Source: Chiloscyllium plagiosum (taxonomy: Eukaryota). From it: a DNA stretch of 64,000 bases. Below, one piece after another: positions 37,751 to 49,874 of this stretch. A program made the translations under genes and the position numbers. Numbering within the stretch: position 1 is the stretch's first letter; each line of letters opens with the position of its first letter. The notes under the pieces are model-generated. The model made no database searches, was not told the DNA's origin, and was given only the letters and a program-made list of their open reading frames with translations. The DNA lies in assembly GCF_004010195.1 (NCBI RefSeq), contig NC_057718.1:5416325-5480324 (forward strand), in the 5' to 3' direction.

Positions 37751-38044
37751 TTAACTTTGAAGTGATGCACTTATTTTAGCTTGAGCATGGCTATTGTACT
37801 ACTGTCTGTTGCTTGTACCTTAGAGATATATAATTTGATCAACCTTTGACTCATCGTGTATGGGATCTGAGATAACTATCATTTTAGCTTCACCTTTTTT
37901 TGATGCTGTAACATTTAGTTTCTAATATTTTCTTTGCCTTTGTATTTTCTGTTTCTTATCTTTATATGATGGCAGCAATTCCAGTGGAATTCAAGGCAGT
38001 ATTCAGGGCATAAGAACAGAAAACCGCAGCACGTCTGCCAGTAC

Positions 38045-39460
38045 ATTTGGACACAGAAATCAGACTAACAGAGCGGCTTAGGAAAGAGGCTAAAAAGGAT
38101 TGTAAAAGGAAACTTGCAAGGGACATAAAAGACAATCAGAAGAGATTTTATAGTTACATAAAGGGAAAGGGGGTGGCTAAGAGTGCTATTGGCCCACTGA
38201 AGACTAAGCGTAGGGAATATTGTCATTGACCACAGGGAAATGGCAGACATACTGAACAACTATTTTGCTTCAGTATTCACTGCAGAAAAAGAGGATAGCT
38301 TGCCAGAAAAGTCAAAGAAATTGACAGAGGATCAGGGACATGATCTAAATAAAACTAGTTTACTTGAGTCATCAATAATTGGGAGATTAATGGAACTGAA
38401 GACTGACAAATCCTCAGGACCTGATGGTGTTAAAAGAACTAGGAGAGTATATTGCTGATGCCCTAACCATAATCTTTCATAGTTCCCTGGATTCAGGTAT
38501 TGTACCCCTGGGGCTGGAAATTTGCTCATGAAATTCCTCTCCTTAAGAAGGGCAACAGAAGGAAACCAAGTAATGACAGAACAGTTAGCCTAACATCTGC
38601 GATGGGGAAATTGCTGGAGTCTATAATCAAGGAAAGAGTAACTGATCATATTGAGAACATTCAGTTAATCAACGAGAATCGGTATGGATTCATGAAGGAT
38701 GGGTCATGCCTGATAAACCTCAGAGTTTTTTTGAAGAGGTGACAAAGATGGTGGACAAAAGTAAATCGATGGATGTTGTTTAATTGGACTTCCAGAAGGC
38801 TTTTGATGAAGTCTCACACAAGTGACCCTTAGCTAAGGTTGAAGCCCATAGATTTAAGGGAAAATTACTGACTTGCACAGGAAATTGTTTGAGTGGCAGG
38901 AAACAGACAGATGGAATGATAGGAGAGTACTCAAATTGGTAGGATGTGTCTTGTGGTGTCCCACAGAGATCTGAAATGGGGCCTCAATTATTCACATTAT
39001 TCATTAATATCCTGGAAAATGGCATAAAAGTCAAATATCTAAATGTACTGATGACACAAAATTGGGCAGCATTATACATAGTGTTGGTGACAACATAAAA
39101 TTCCAACAGGATATTGGTAGATTAAGATAAATGTGCAAAGTTGTGACAGATGGATTTTACTATCAGCAAGTGTAAGGTTATGCTTTGTAGACCAATAAAA
39201 GATAGATCAGGGTACTTCCTAGAAGGCACAAAGTTAACTGAAATGGCTGTCCAATGAAATTTGGGAGCTCTTTAAATGCAGAAAACCAGGTGCAGAAAAT
39301 GTTCCTGAAGGCTAATGGAATTCTGGCCTTCACCTATAAAGTGCTGGTGTATCAGGATGCAGATATTATGCTACAGTTGTACAAAACCTGTCTTCAACCC
39401 CATTTAGAGTACTGTGAGAGGGTCTGGGCATCACACCTTAGCAAGGATGTTTTGCAGATT
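38045..39460 (+). mobile_element. Decayed CR1 ORF2 (RT) fragment
   Basis: MADILNNYFASVFT, KSSGPDG, VSLTSAMGKLLE, KANGILAF, PHLEYC; multiple stops and frameshifts. Confidence 0.9.
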
Positions 39461-39824
39461 TGAGTTTTGCTGAAAAAGATTTTTTTTTAAACTTTTCATC
39501 TTCCTGTCATCAGGACAATTCACAAGGAGCACCAAAATAAAGAGAAAATAGCATTTTGACTGCATGAGCAGTGATTGCTAATTGGTTTGATGAGGAGTCA
39601 CCAGATTTGAAATATTAACTTTGCTTTCTCTCCATGGATGCTGCCAGACTTGCTGAGTTTCTCCAGCAATTTCTGTTCTTCTGTCAATTGGTTAATAATT
39701 TGAGTCTGACTGGTAGAAGAATTGTAATGGGAAACACAGCAGTTAATGCTGATGTAAGTTACTCACCGGGCTTTGTGTAAATTTTAAACATAGCAAATTG
39801 ACTCTGATTGGCACACTGCCACTA

Positions 39825-40405
39825 TTGGTGCATTGAGTATAGGAGTTGGGATGTGATATTATGGCTGTACAAGACATTGGTTAGACCACTTTTGGAATAT
39901 TGTGTGAAATTCTGGCCTCCCTCCTATAGGGAAGGTTCAGAAAACATTCACAAGGATGTAGCCAGGGTTGGAGTGTTAGAGTTATGGAGAGAGGCTGAAT
40001 AAGCTTAGGCTATTTTCCCCAGAGTGTCAGAAGCTAAGGAGTGACCTTAAAGAGGCTTATAAAATCATAAGGGGCATGGACAGGGTGAATAGTCAAGTTA
40101 TTTTCTCCAGTGTAGGGGAATCTAAAACTAGAGGGCATATGTTTAAAGTGAAAGGGAAAAATTTAAAAGGGACCTAAGGGGGCAATTCTTTCACACAGAG
40201 GGTGATGCGAGTATGGAATGAGCTGCCAGAGGAAGTGATGGAGGCTGGTACAATGACAATATTTTAAAGGCATATGGATGGGTATATGAATAGGAAGAGT
40301 TTAGAAGGATATGGCTGGTAAATGGGACCAGATTAATTTAGTATATCTGGTTGGCATGGATGAGTTGAACCTAAGGTTCCGTTTCCATTCTGTACAGCTC
40401 TATGG
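39825..40405 (+). mobile_element. CR1 3' fragment
   Basis: IEYRSWDVILWLYKTLVRPLLEYCVKFW; RVWNELPEEV. Confidence 0.9.
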
Positions 40406-40849
40406 TCCAGATATGCACCTGACAAATGACCCAGAAGATGACAAGTCACCAATTTTGTTGCATTGGGCATTGGGCACAAATATGTTATTTTTGTTTAAAG
40501 TTATTAGGGACCTATATATTAATAGTTTCTAGTTGCTGTAGTTGTGCCATTCTGCAAGCTCAACTGACAATTATAAATTGGTTCTTAGCATAATTCTTTG
40601 CACTCACAGCAAATATTTCCCAATAGCAGAATCATATTGAATGATGGATATAGTTTGTAGATTTTGAAGGTGAAGGGATAAACTGTTTGATACAATTGAA
40701 CCTTTGGGATGTATGGGCTACATAGCATGGAAATTCATTTGCCAGCATACTCATTTGTGTGATAAACAGATTTTACAGCAGCATACTGCTTATCGCAAAC
40801 AACACTACAGTAGTTACAATTGTTCATGAAATGAGCATTTTTGGCTCAA

Positions 40850-41305
40850 CCTGAATTTTTGCCCATCCCTGATTTCCTCGGAGAAAGACATGGTAAGCTA
40901 ACTTCTTGAGATGTAGAGACAACTGTACTGCTGTTAGGTTGGGAGTTCCAGATTTTGGTCCAGCAACACCCTTTCACTGGTGCATCTTATGGAAGCCTCT
41001 GCACAACGTGACGAGGATGATGGATAAGGTACCAATCAAGTGAGCTGCTTTGCCCTGAATGATGTTGAGCTTTTCAAATGTTGTTGGAGCTGCACTCATC
41101 TGGATAAGTTATGAGTATTTTAACACATTCTCAATGTGTGCCTTGCAGGTGGACGACAGATATTGGGGAGACAACAGGTGGAGTTATTCTTAAAAAATAC
41201 CTAGTCACTGACTTTATCTTGTGGCCACAATGTTCATATGGGTAGCCCAGTTCAGTCAGTCAATGGTAACACCTTGTCATATACACAGTGGGGGTTTCAG
41301 TGCTA
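40850..41305 (-). mobile_element. Old CR1-group LINE fragment
   Basis: ccaatcaagtgagctgctttgccctg...gttgttggagctgcactcatc, matches 3100-3260. Confidence 0.7.
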
Positions 41306-41504
41306 ACTAGGCTTACTTATTACTTCACATGGGCTCCTTAACTTCATGCCTTCAAAAGCATTGAAGGTTATCTACTTCTCTGAAATCTCCACAGCCTGTG
41401 TGTATGACTTTCTTCTAAGCATCTCAGCACTTGTTCCCAAACCTAATTGTTTGTATTGCTAATAACAATAAGACTGCTTTTAAAGACCTGTTCTCTCTAA
41501 ATGA

Positions 41505-41940
41505 ACCTGTCCCGATGAGGGCTTGATTTATAATGAGAGGCTGGATAGGCTGGGACAATTTTCTTGAGGCCTAGGAGCTTGAGGGGTGACCTTATAGAGG
41601 CTTATAAAATCATGAGGGGCATATATAAGGTAAACAGCAAAGTTTTGTTTCCTTAGGGTAGGGGATTTCAAAACTCATAATTTTAAGGTGAGAGGATAAG
41701 GGCCCTGAACAGCAGTTTTTTCATCCAGAGGTTTGTAGAATTAACTGCCAAAGGAAATGACAGACGCAGGTATAGTTACAATATGTAAAAATCATTTTGA
41801 CAGATACATGAGTGAAAAGGTTAAGAAGGATATAAGTCAAACCCAGTCAAGTGTGACTAGTTTGGTTGGGAAAACTTGGTTGTTGTGGACAAGTTGGACC
41901 ACAGGGTCTGTTTCCATGCTGGATGACTCTATGCCTCTCT
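41505..41940 (+). mobile_element. CR1 3' fragment
   Basis: RLDRLG...LRGDLIEAYKIMRG; gactctatg tail. Confidence 0.85.
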
Positions 41941-42464
41941 ATTTGAATGAATATTTTTTTTCTGGAGACGCTCCCCCTCTCCCCCCATCTCCCTAAGTTA
42001 TAAAGCTGGATCAGCAATCATCCTAGCAATCAACTCCAAGGTAGCCTGCTGGTCATTTGTCTAAAGTCACATGATTTCTTGGGTTTTCTATCGTAAATTC
42101 ATTGTTTAAAATTATTTGACTTCCGAAATAAATATTCCAGATCCACACACAACTGAACACTAACATCGATTTTCCTCCACTTCAGAACCAAACTTCCCAA
42201 ATAACAATAATTTATTACACATCTTTATCACACACACCAAAAACAGCAGGTTGGCATCTCCAGGTCTGAGTAATAAATGGTTTGCAGCTGTTAGAATGAT
42301 GGCTGCATAAGGAGAATATCTGTTTGCAGAGATACCACCTGGATGTGAAATTCCAGCAAGGGACACATATTTATATTATTAACGTACTGATCAGAGTGAC
42401 ACTCTTTATGAAGAATGTTAAGGCTGTTTAGATACAGTATGAAACTTTCAAGAGAATGAGAAGC

Positions 42465-42782
42465 AACTGGCTCAGTAGTTAACACCACTGTCAAACAGCA
42501 GCAGAGACCTGGATTCGAATCCAGCCTTGGGGAACTGTCTATGTGGACTTTGCATATTCTCCCTGTGTCTGCATGGGTTGCCTCCAGGTGCCCCAGTTTA
42601 CTCCCATTGTCCAAAGATGTGCAGGATAGGTGGATTGGTCATGCTAAATTGCCCATAGGGTTCAGTCAAAGGTAAATGTAGAGTAATTGGATAGGGGAAT
42701 GGGTCTGGGTGGGTTACTCTTCAGAGGGTCGGTGTGAACTTGTCGGGTCGAATAGCCTGTTTCTGCACTGTTGGGATTCTAT
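42465..42782 (+). mobile_element. HE1/V-SINE-type SINE
   Basis: tggctcagtagttaacacc...tccaaagatgtgcagg...gggattctat. Confidence 0.85.
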
Positions 42783-42799
42783 AAACTGTTCGTCATGAT

Positions 42800-43620
42800 T
42801 TAGGAATCATCCCAGAAAGCCCATGGGTGGAATTGGCCTGTTCACTCACATAGAAACTAGTCACTTTATTATTGTTGACAACGTGGAAATTCTAAAAATA
42901 CAGTTCAGTCATTATGACATTTCAGACATTCTGATGAGTTCAGACACTCTGATCTGTGTCAATAGCCCTCAATTCACAAGTGAAGAATCCAACCATGTCA
43001 GTAAAGTTTGGGGAATTCAACATTGTATATCATCTCTACACTAAAGAACCAAAAGTAAATGCAGTAGAGTCTTGGGCAAGGCAGTCCTTGAGTGGAGAAA
43101 CCTCTACTGAAGACATGGAAAGTAGTTTAACAAAAGACTCACATCACATCCCACCTAAACTATTCTTTCAATAATGAAAAGAATTACTGAAACCATAAAT
43201 AATAACTAGCTTGAGCGGCATGATCAAAGTGAAACGATGGAAAGTCAGACTTCAGTTTGATAAAACTACCAAGTGATTACCAGGGCTGAACACTGATAAA
43301 TCAGGCAGAGGAGAAAGTGAGGACTGCAGATGCTGGAGATCAGAGCTGAAAATGTGTTGCTGGAAAAGCGCAGCAGGCCAGGCAGGTCAGCCCTTTCCTG
43401 AAGAAGGGCTCATGCCCGAAACGTCGATTCTCCAGCTCCTTGGATGCTGCTTGACCTGCTGCGCTTTTCCAGCAACACATTTTCAGCCCTAAATCAGGCA
43501 GAGGGCAAATGTTCAATGTTATCAATTTGAGTCAGCCACAAGACAACTTAGGGCCGTCGTTGACCAAATATCACCTTAATTGTGTGCCATCAACAAGAAC
43601 AGCCAGATATGCTGTCTGTA
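42800..43620 (+). mobile_element. Decayed Ty3/Gypsy integrase region, interrupted by a PLE hairpin
   Basis: GIGLFT..FIIVD...FSHYDISDILMS...NSPQFTSEE...WGIQHCISSLH resembles IN core GIPD..SDNGPQF.S.EF..F...W...H..SSP. Confidence 0.7.
43312..43489. mobile_element. Penelope-like fold-back element with intact + strand hammerhead motif
   Basis: 15-bp TSD taaatcaggcagagg (43297-43311, 43490-43504); CUGAAGA-AGGGCUCAUGCCC-GAAACGUC 43398-43425. Confidence 0.85.
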
Positions 43621-43689
43621 GTGATTGGAACCAGGGCCTGTTGGATCTCATTGAATATTAGATCCTTGATTGGGATTGTTAACCAGGGA

Positions 43690-43803
43690 TTAGATCAGAG
43701 TGGTGCTGGAAAAGCACAGCAGGTCAGGCAGCATCCAAGGAACAGGAAAATTGACATTTTGGGCAAAAGCCCTTCATCAGGAATAGAGGCAGGAAGTTTC
43801 AGG
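43690..43803 (-). mobile_element. Penelope-like terminal fragment running into the assembly gap
   Basis: gtggtgctggaaaagcacagc...gggcaaaagcccttcatcagg. Confidence 0.8.
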
Positions 43804-44303
43804 NNNNNNNNNNNNNNNNNNNNNNNNNNNNNNNNNNNNNNNNNNNNNNNNNNNNNNNNNNNNNNNNNNNNNNNNNNNNNNNNNNNNNNNNNNNNNNNNN
43901 NNNNNNNNNNNNNNNNNNNNNNNNNNNNNNNNNNNNNNNNNNNNNNNNNNNNNNNNNNNNNNNNNNNNNNNNNNNNNNNNNNNNNNNNNNNNNNNNNNNN
44001 NNNNNNNNNNNNNNNNNNNNNNNNNNNNNNNNNNNNNNNNNNNNNNNNNNNNNNNNNNNNNNNNNNNNNNNNNNNNNNNNNNNNNNNNNNNNNNNNNNNN
44101 NNNNNNNNNNNNNNNNNNNNNNNNNNNNNNNNNNNNNNNNNNNNNNNNNNNNNNNNNNNNNNNNNNNNNNNNNNNNNNNNNNNNNNNNNNNNNNNNNNNN
44201 NNNNNNNNNNNNNNNNNNNNNNNNNNNNNNNNNNNNNNNNNNNNNNNNNNNNNNNNNNNNNNNNNNNNNNNNNNNNNNNNNNNNNNNNNNNNNNNNNNNN
44301 NNN
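43804..44303. other. Assembly gap (500 N)
   Basis: Run of n. Confidence 1.
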
Positions 44304-44739
44304 AAAGAAAAGAGAAAACATGAACAAGCAAAAAAAAAGAAACAAAATAGCTGTGGAGGTTCTGATCTAAAGTGTTCAACACAAAGTTAAATCCAGTGTC
44401 TATGGAACCCCATGTCAAAAAGTGAGGTTCATTTTTATTTTGTGTTTGAATTTAATCCACTATCAATTCTTTTCCAAAATGTCCATTGTGAAAAGCGTTC
44501 TGGTCTTCACTCCAGTGGGATTTCTGTTTCTATCTTTTATCTTGTTCCACAAACTGCACATTTCCAGCAGTTACTCTTTTGCTTTTAATACACAACTTTC
44601 TAAGGATTTATTTGCAGAGATACATATTAAAAGCATGCATCTTCTCACACAATCAGCACAGCCTTTCTCTACTCTCAGATGTATATATATAGGAACACAC
44701 GAGAATGCCCATTTAATGCCCACCACCTGAATATAATCA

Positions 44740-44910
44740 AACATAATTGATGACTGCCACAGCGGGCGAACACGACCTCTGTCCAATATTTCATCTGAAT
44801 GCTGGAACCTTGGGCAATGCAACACGCCCTCAGCACCATGCTGCCAATGTGAGGCTGGATTATGCATTCAAGTCCTCGACATATTGTACTGAAACCTCCA
44901 CAGTTAGACT
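44740..44910 (-). mobile_element. Decayed Deu-domain SINE
   Basis: tcatctgaatgctggaacc...aatgcaacacgccctcagcac...ggattatgcattcaagtcc. Confidence 0.6.
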
Positions 44911-45079
44911 GTTTTCAGTCTCATCCTGCCGCATCAGTGAACATGCTCCTTCAGATAAACATTAACATCGCTGATTCTGCAATGAAAGACAGGTTAGTGC
45001 AAGCCCTTGTGAGTAAGTATTAATAAATTGATATGGAGCCGCACTCAAACATCGGGTTGTTTGGCTTGATTTGTTTGGT

Positions 45080-45615
45080 ATTCATTCACAGGATACAGGC
45101 ATCACTGGCTGAGCCAGTGTTTATTGCCCAGAGACAGTTAAGAGCCAACCACATTACTGTGGGTCTGGAGTCACATGTAGGCCAGACCAGGTAAGGATAG
45201 CAGTTCCCTTCTGTAAAGAGCACTACTGAACCAGGTGGGCTTTTACATCAATTGACAATGGATTCATGATCATCAGACTCTTAATTCCAGATATTTATTA
45301 AATTCACAATCCACCATCTGCTGTGGCAGTATTCAAACCCAGGTTCCCTAGAACATTACCTGGGTCTCTGGGTTAACGGTGAGAGAGATAGGTGGATGAA
45401 GGTGAGGGAGAAGGTGATCAGCTACCTTCCCCCCAACCCCACCCCCCTCCCATTCATCTCTCAGCCCCGGCCCACAGGTCTCATTCCTGATGAAGGGCTT
45501 ATGCCCGAAACGTCAATTCTCCTGCTCCTTGGATGCTGCCTGACCTGCTGTGCTTTCCCAGAAACACACTCTTGTCTCTTAGCGACAATACCATGAGACC
45601 CAGGTCTCCCCTGGA
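45080..45615 (-). mobile_element. tRNA-derived SINE (family of 29575) interrupted by a PLE fragment (~45380-45575) with an intact hammerhead motif
   Basis: SINE core 45130-45230; CUGAUGA-AGGGCUUAUGCCC-GAAACGUC at 45487-45514 on +. Confidence 0.8.
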
Positions 45616-46051
45616 ATTAAATTTTAATTGATAAACACTCCAGTGAATTTTCTCAGGATGCTTTACTGAAATCACATTGCAGGAGGATTACAAGGTTGTT
45701 GTGATAATCCAAAAATGGCATGGTATGGGGACCATGGTTCATTTTGCCCTTTCCCTTAAGCTCTCAATTATCCCAGTTTTAATTGTACACATCTTTCTGA
45801 TATCACTACAGCACAATCAGTTCATGACAATCTGTCCCTGGCCTGTACCAGGTACTTGGCACCTTATTCCAACAACACTGGGTGAGCACTCAGCCTGTTC
45901 TCTCACATTAAACTTGACCTTTCCTCATTAACACTTCAAAGAAACAGGACCCAGTGAATCTACCTTTTCATACAGAGCAGTGTCATTTTATCCTAAAGCA
46001 GTTCAGAGAAGCTTTACTAGACTATCACCTGGAATGGATGGGTGGTCTTAT

Positions 46052-46269
46052 AAGAAAGTCAGGAGTGTGGTGCTGGAAAAGCACAGCAGGTCAGGCAGCA
46101 TCCAAGGAGCAGGAGAATTGATGTTTCAGGCAAGAGCCCATTTCCTGATGAAGGGCTCTTGCCCAAAATGTCAATTCTCCTGCTCCTCGGATGCTGCCTG
46201 ACCTGCTGTACTTTTCCAGCAACACACTCTCGACTCTGATCTCCAGCATCTGCAGCCTTCAGTTTCTCC
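46052..46269 (+). mobile_element. Penelope-like fold-back element inserted in a CR1 fragment
   Basis: Inverted arms; TSD tggtcttat (46043-46051, 46270-46278); decayed hammerhead ctgatgaagggctcttgcccaaaatgtc. Confidence 0.8.
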
Positions 46270-46422
46270 TGGTCTTATGAGCAATGTTGGACAACTTAGC
46301 CTTGCATCCACTCAACCTTTCTGTTCCCTCTTTGCAAAATTCAACCCTGAAAACTCAAGCTCAGTGGCCCTAATCCCTCTTTCCAAATTTGGCTTGACTT
46401 CCTTACTGCTTCCCTACTGCCT

Positions 46423-46570
46423 AGGGTAGCTAAGTTGACTTGACAGCTGGTTTGTAATATAGAGTGACGCCAACAGTGTTGGTTCAATTCCCTCACCGAG
46501 GCATGGTGACCCTCAGGTGAAATCACCATCAGTTGTCCCCCTCCAATGTGACAGCAGGCTCTGGTGAATT
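46423..46570 (+). mobile_element. Short tRNA-derived SINE of a further family
   Basis: gtagctaagttga A-box-like and ggttcaattccc B-box-like motifs. Confidence 0.5.
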
Positions 46571-47726
46571 TACCTGCAGCATGAGTCTGTTTTTTTTTTA
46601 CTCTCACACTTCTCAGTTTGTATTAAGAGTCCATTGGGTGTAATTTATGACTGTAGAAAGGGTAGGCTGAAGCAAACAATGTACTAAAGAATCCATTGTG
46701 AATCCAAACTGAGAACAATTCCATCTCCATCACCTCTCACAGCAGATCGGCACACAGCACATTCATTAGGAATGCTTTTTCTTGCTCGTCAAGCATGCGT
46801 TTAGACAGTTTGCAGCATCTTTTTAATTGCAGTGCTCTCCGTTGCTAAATTTCTTGTGAAATCTATTTTTGCAACTAGAATAATGATCATCTATATTTTG
46901 TATAACACAGCTGCATCTGGTAATCCTTTCTTATCATTCAAATACACATTTCTTTCAGGAATTAACTTTCGCAGTTTTGTTTAGAGACGTGATGTATAGT
47001 TTGGGAGGAACAGGATCTACGGTTCTCAATGGTCTCAATTTTCATCACCTATGTTCAGCTCTGTTACAAAGAAACTGTACTCACCACCACTCCCTTTGGT
47101 TTCTGTACTCTGAAACCTCATGTCATTTAATCTCTCTCCCTCCATCCTATCATTTCCCTTTCATTCTTCTGTCGTCACTCGCTTCAAATCTATGGCATTT
47201 CTTCCTTTGCATACACCAAAGCATACAAAACCATGGGCCAAGTGCTGGGAATGGACAGATGGTTGAAGACGGTCACAGACATGATGGACCAAAGGATCTG
47301 TAACGTTTACTCTGAAATCTGAAAGACAATGCTTGACTAAATTTAAAACTTTCTGACACTTTGCAACTTTGCTGAAGTCTGCAGTTGAGGGACAGCTTGT
47401 CTCTGCAGAACTTTGTAAACATTCAACAAGAGAAAAATATAAGAACAGTATGTCCACAACAAGGGAATGAAAAGAATAACAACTCAAATCTTCACAGCCT
47501 TTGTCCTTGAGAGCGTGATAAGAAACAGTATAAGACGAGGATCTGAATTATGCTCAGGGCCCTTGCACAAGGCATTTTTGCCAAGTGCATATGGTCCCTC
47601 TGCAATGCAGAGGTTAAAAAAAAAGCTTTTTGGTTGCTCTTGTTAATAGTTGAGTTGAGTCAATTTAATTTCCACGACAGGATCTCTTCCATACTGTGAA
47701 AACTTGATATATGAAATGTTAACCTT

Positions 47727-48420
47727 AGAGTCATACAGCACGGAAACAGACCCTTCCATCCAACTGGTCAATGCTGGCCACATATTCTAATAAGAACTAA
47801 TCCCATTTGTTTGCATTTGACCCATATCCCTCTAAACCTTTCCTATCACTATATCTGTCCAGATGTCTTTTAAATGTTGTAATTATACCAGTCTCTATCA
47901 CTTCCTCTTCCATACATGCACCACCCTCTATGTGAAAAAGTTGCCCCTTAGAGCCCTTTTATAGGGTTAGATTCCCTATAGTGTGGAAACAGGCCCTTCG
48001 GCCCAACAAGTCCACATCGACCCTCTGAAGAGCAACCCATTCCCCTACACCTAACACTACGGGCAATTTAGCATGGCCAATTGACCTAACCTGCACATCT
48101 TTGGACTGTGGGAGGAAACACACACAAACACGGGGAGAATGTGCAAACTCCACACAGATAGTTGCCCGAGGCAGGGATTGAACCCAGGACCCTGGTGCTG
48201 TGAAGCAGCAGTGTTAAGCACTGAGCCACCGTGCCACTTTATGTCTTTTCCCTCTCATCCTAAACTAATGCCTTCTAGTTTCGGGCTTCCCTACCCTTGG
48301 GGAAAAAAAAATCTGGATATTCACTCTATCCATGCCTCTCATTTTTGTATAAACCTCTATAAGGTCACACCTCAGCCTCCTTTGCTCCAGGGAGAAAGGT
48401 CCCAACCTATTCAGCCTCTC
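47727..48420 (-). mobile_element. CR1 3' fragment containing an HE1 SINE (47961-48237, minus)
   Basis: agagtcatacagcacgg tail; RLRCDLIEVY; SINE head reverse complement at 48200-48237. Confidence 0.88.
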
Positions 48421-48509
48421 CAAATGCATGTAGATCCTATCTCTCAGAAACCCCTCCAACAGAAACCCCTCCAACAGTGTACCCACCACTGACAACAGAC
48501 TCACTGTCC

Positions 48510-48860
48510 CTGGTGAGAGTTCAGCAACAATATGTTCCTGTTAATGTGAACGGTAATGCTGGTAGGTGTAAGGAACACTGGATGACTAGAGAAATTGAGC
48601 CTCTAGTCAAGAAGAAGAAGGAACATGTGTCAGGTATAGACAGCTGGGATCAAGACAATCGCTCGAGAATTATAGGGGGGTGTAGGAGTACACTTAAAAA
48701 TGAAATCAAGAAGGCAAGAAAGGGACATGAGATAGCTTTTGGCAAATAGGAGAATCTTAAGAGATTATACAAGCACATTATGAGCAAAACTGTAACTAGG
48801 GAGACAATAGGAGTCCTTAAAGATCAACAAGGCTGTCTATGCATGGAGCTACAGGAAATA
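48510..48860 (+). mobile_element. CR1 ORF2 linker fragment
   Basis: QQQYVPV...WMTREIEPLVKKKKE...LKNEIKKARKGHE. Confidence 0.8.
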
Positions 48861-49479
48861 AAGGTGTGTTCACTATATTAAGTGGAGTGTGTCATTCTCT
48901 TGGGTACATCAAAGAAGATATTTACTGGACTGGTCACGTCACTTGGAAAAAGGATAATACTTTTACTGAGCTGCAGAGGGTGATGCTAAGTTATTTAGGG
49001 GATTGATGCAAATTGACCTATTTAGGTAACTCTCCCACACAGTTGCTTTTTTCTGTGATTTACTGGAAGATGTTAAGGGAACAATTTGGAAGGCCTATTG
49101 CCATAGCAACACACCCCTGTTACTCAGAAAAACGAGACAGTCTTGTTTTGTACAGACACTATTATTCTCTTGTGTGGTCAAATGATAAACTCAGATCAGT
49201 GTCGATTTACCTGCTATTAACTCCAAGAGAAATTTTGCTACAACTTTATAGAGTGAGACCACACTTGGACAATTAAATACAATGCTTCTCTATTCATGCA
49301 TGGGATGAGGGTACTGCTGGTGGGTACACTATTGGAGGGGTTTCTGAGAGATAGGATCTGCATGCATTTGGAGAGGCAAGGACTGATTAGGCACAGCTAT
49401 CATGGCCAAAAGATGTGGCACTGAAAAAGCACATCAGGTCAGGTAACATGTAAGGAGCAGGAAAGTTGACTGTGATTGA

Positions 49480-49738
49480 CTCATGTAGTCACATGTAGGC
49501 CACACCTGGTAAGGATGGTAGTTTCTCCTCTCTAAAGAACATTAGTGAACCAGGTCAGTTTATCCCCCAGTAATCAACAATGGATTCATGATCATCACTA
49601 GATTCTTATTTCCAGATTTTTAAATTGAATTCAAATTCCACCATCTGCTATGGCAGGATTTGAACCCAGGTCCACAGGCTACTACCTGGGTCTCTGCATT
49701 GTAATCCAGTGATAAAACTGCTAGGTCATTACCTCTCT
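49480..49738 (-). mobile_element. tRNA-derived SINE (family of 29575)
   Basis: agtcacatgtaggcc...gaattcaaattccaccatctgc...gaacccagg. Confidence 0.8.
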
Positions 49739-49874
49739 TTGTCTACTTTGCCCTGTGTACTCTGTAAGCCGCTGTTAAAGGAACCAGTTAGTTCATAACT
49801 TGATCATAACTAATACTGGGGATGGGGTTGGGGATGGTAAAGTTTTATGGTCAAGGATGTATGTTGAATTGACA

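Noticed and set aside
43582..44418. Long ORFs of 213-262 aa
   Set aside because: They are artefacts of translating through the 500-N gap
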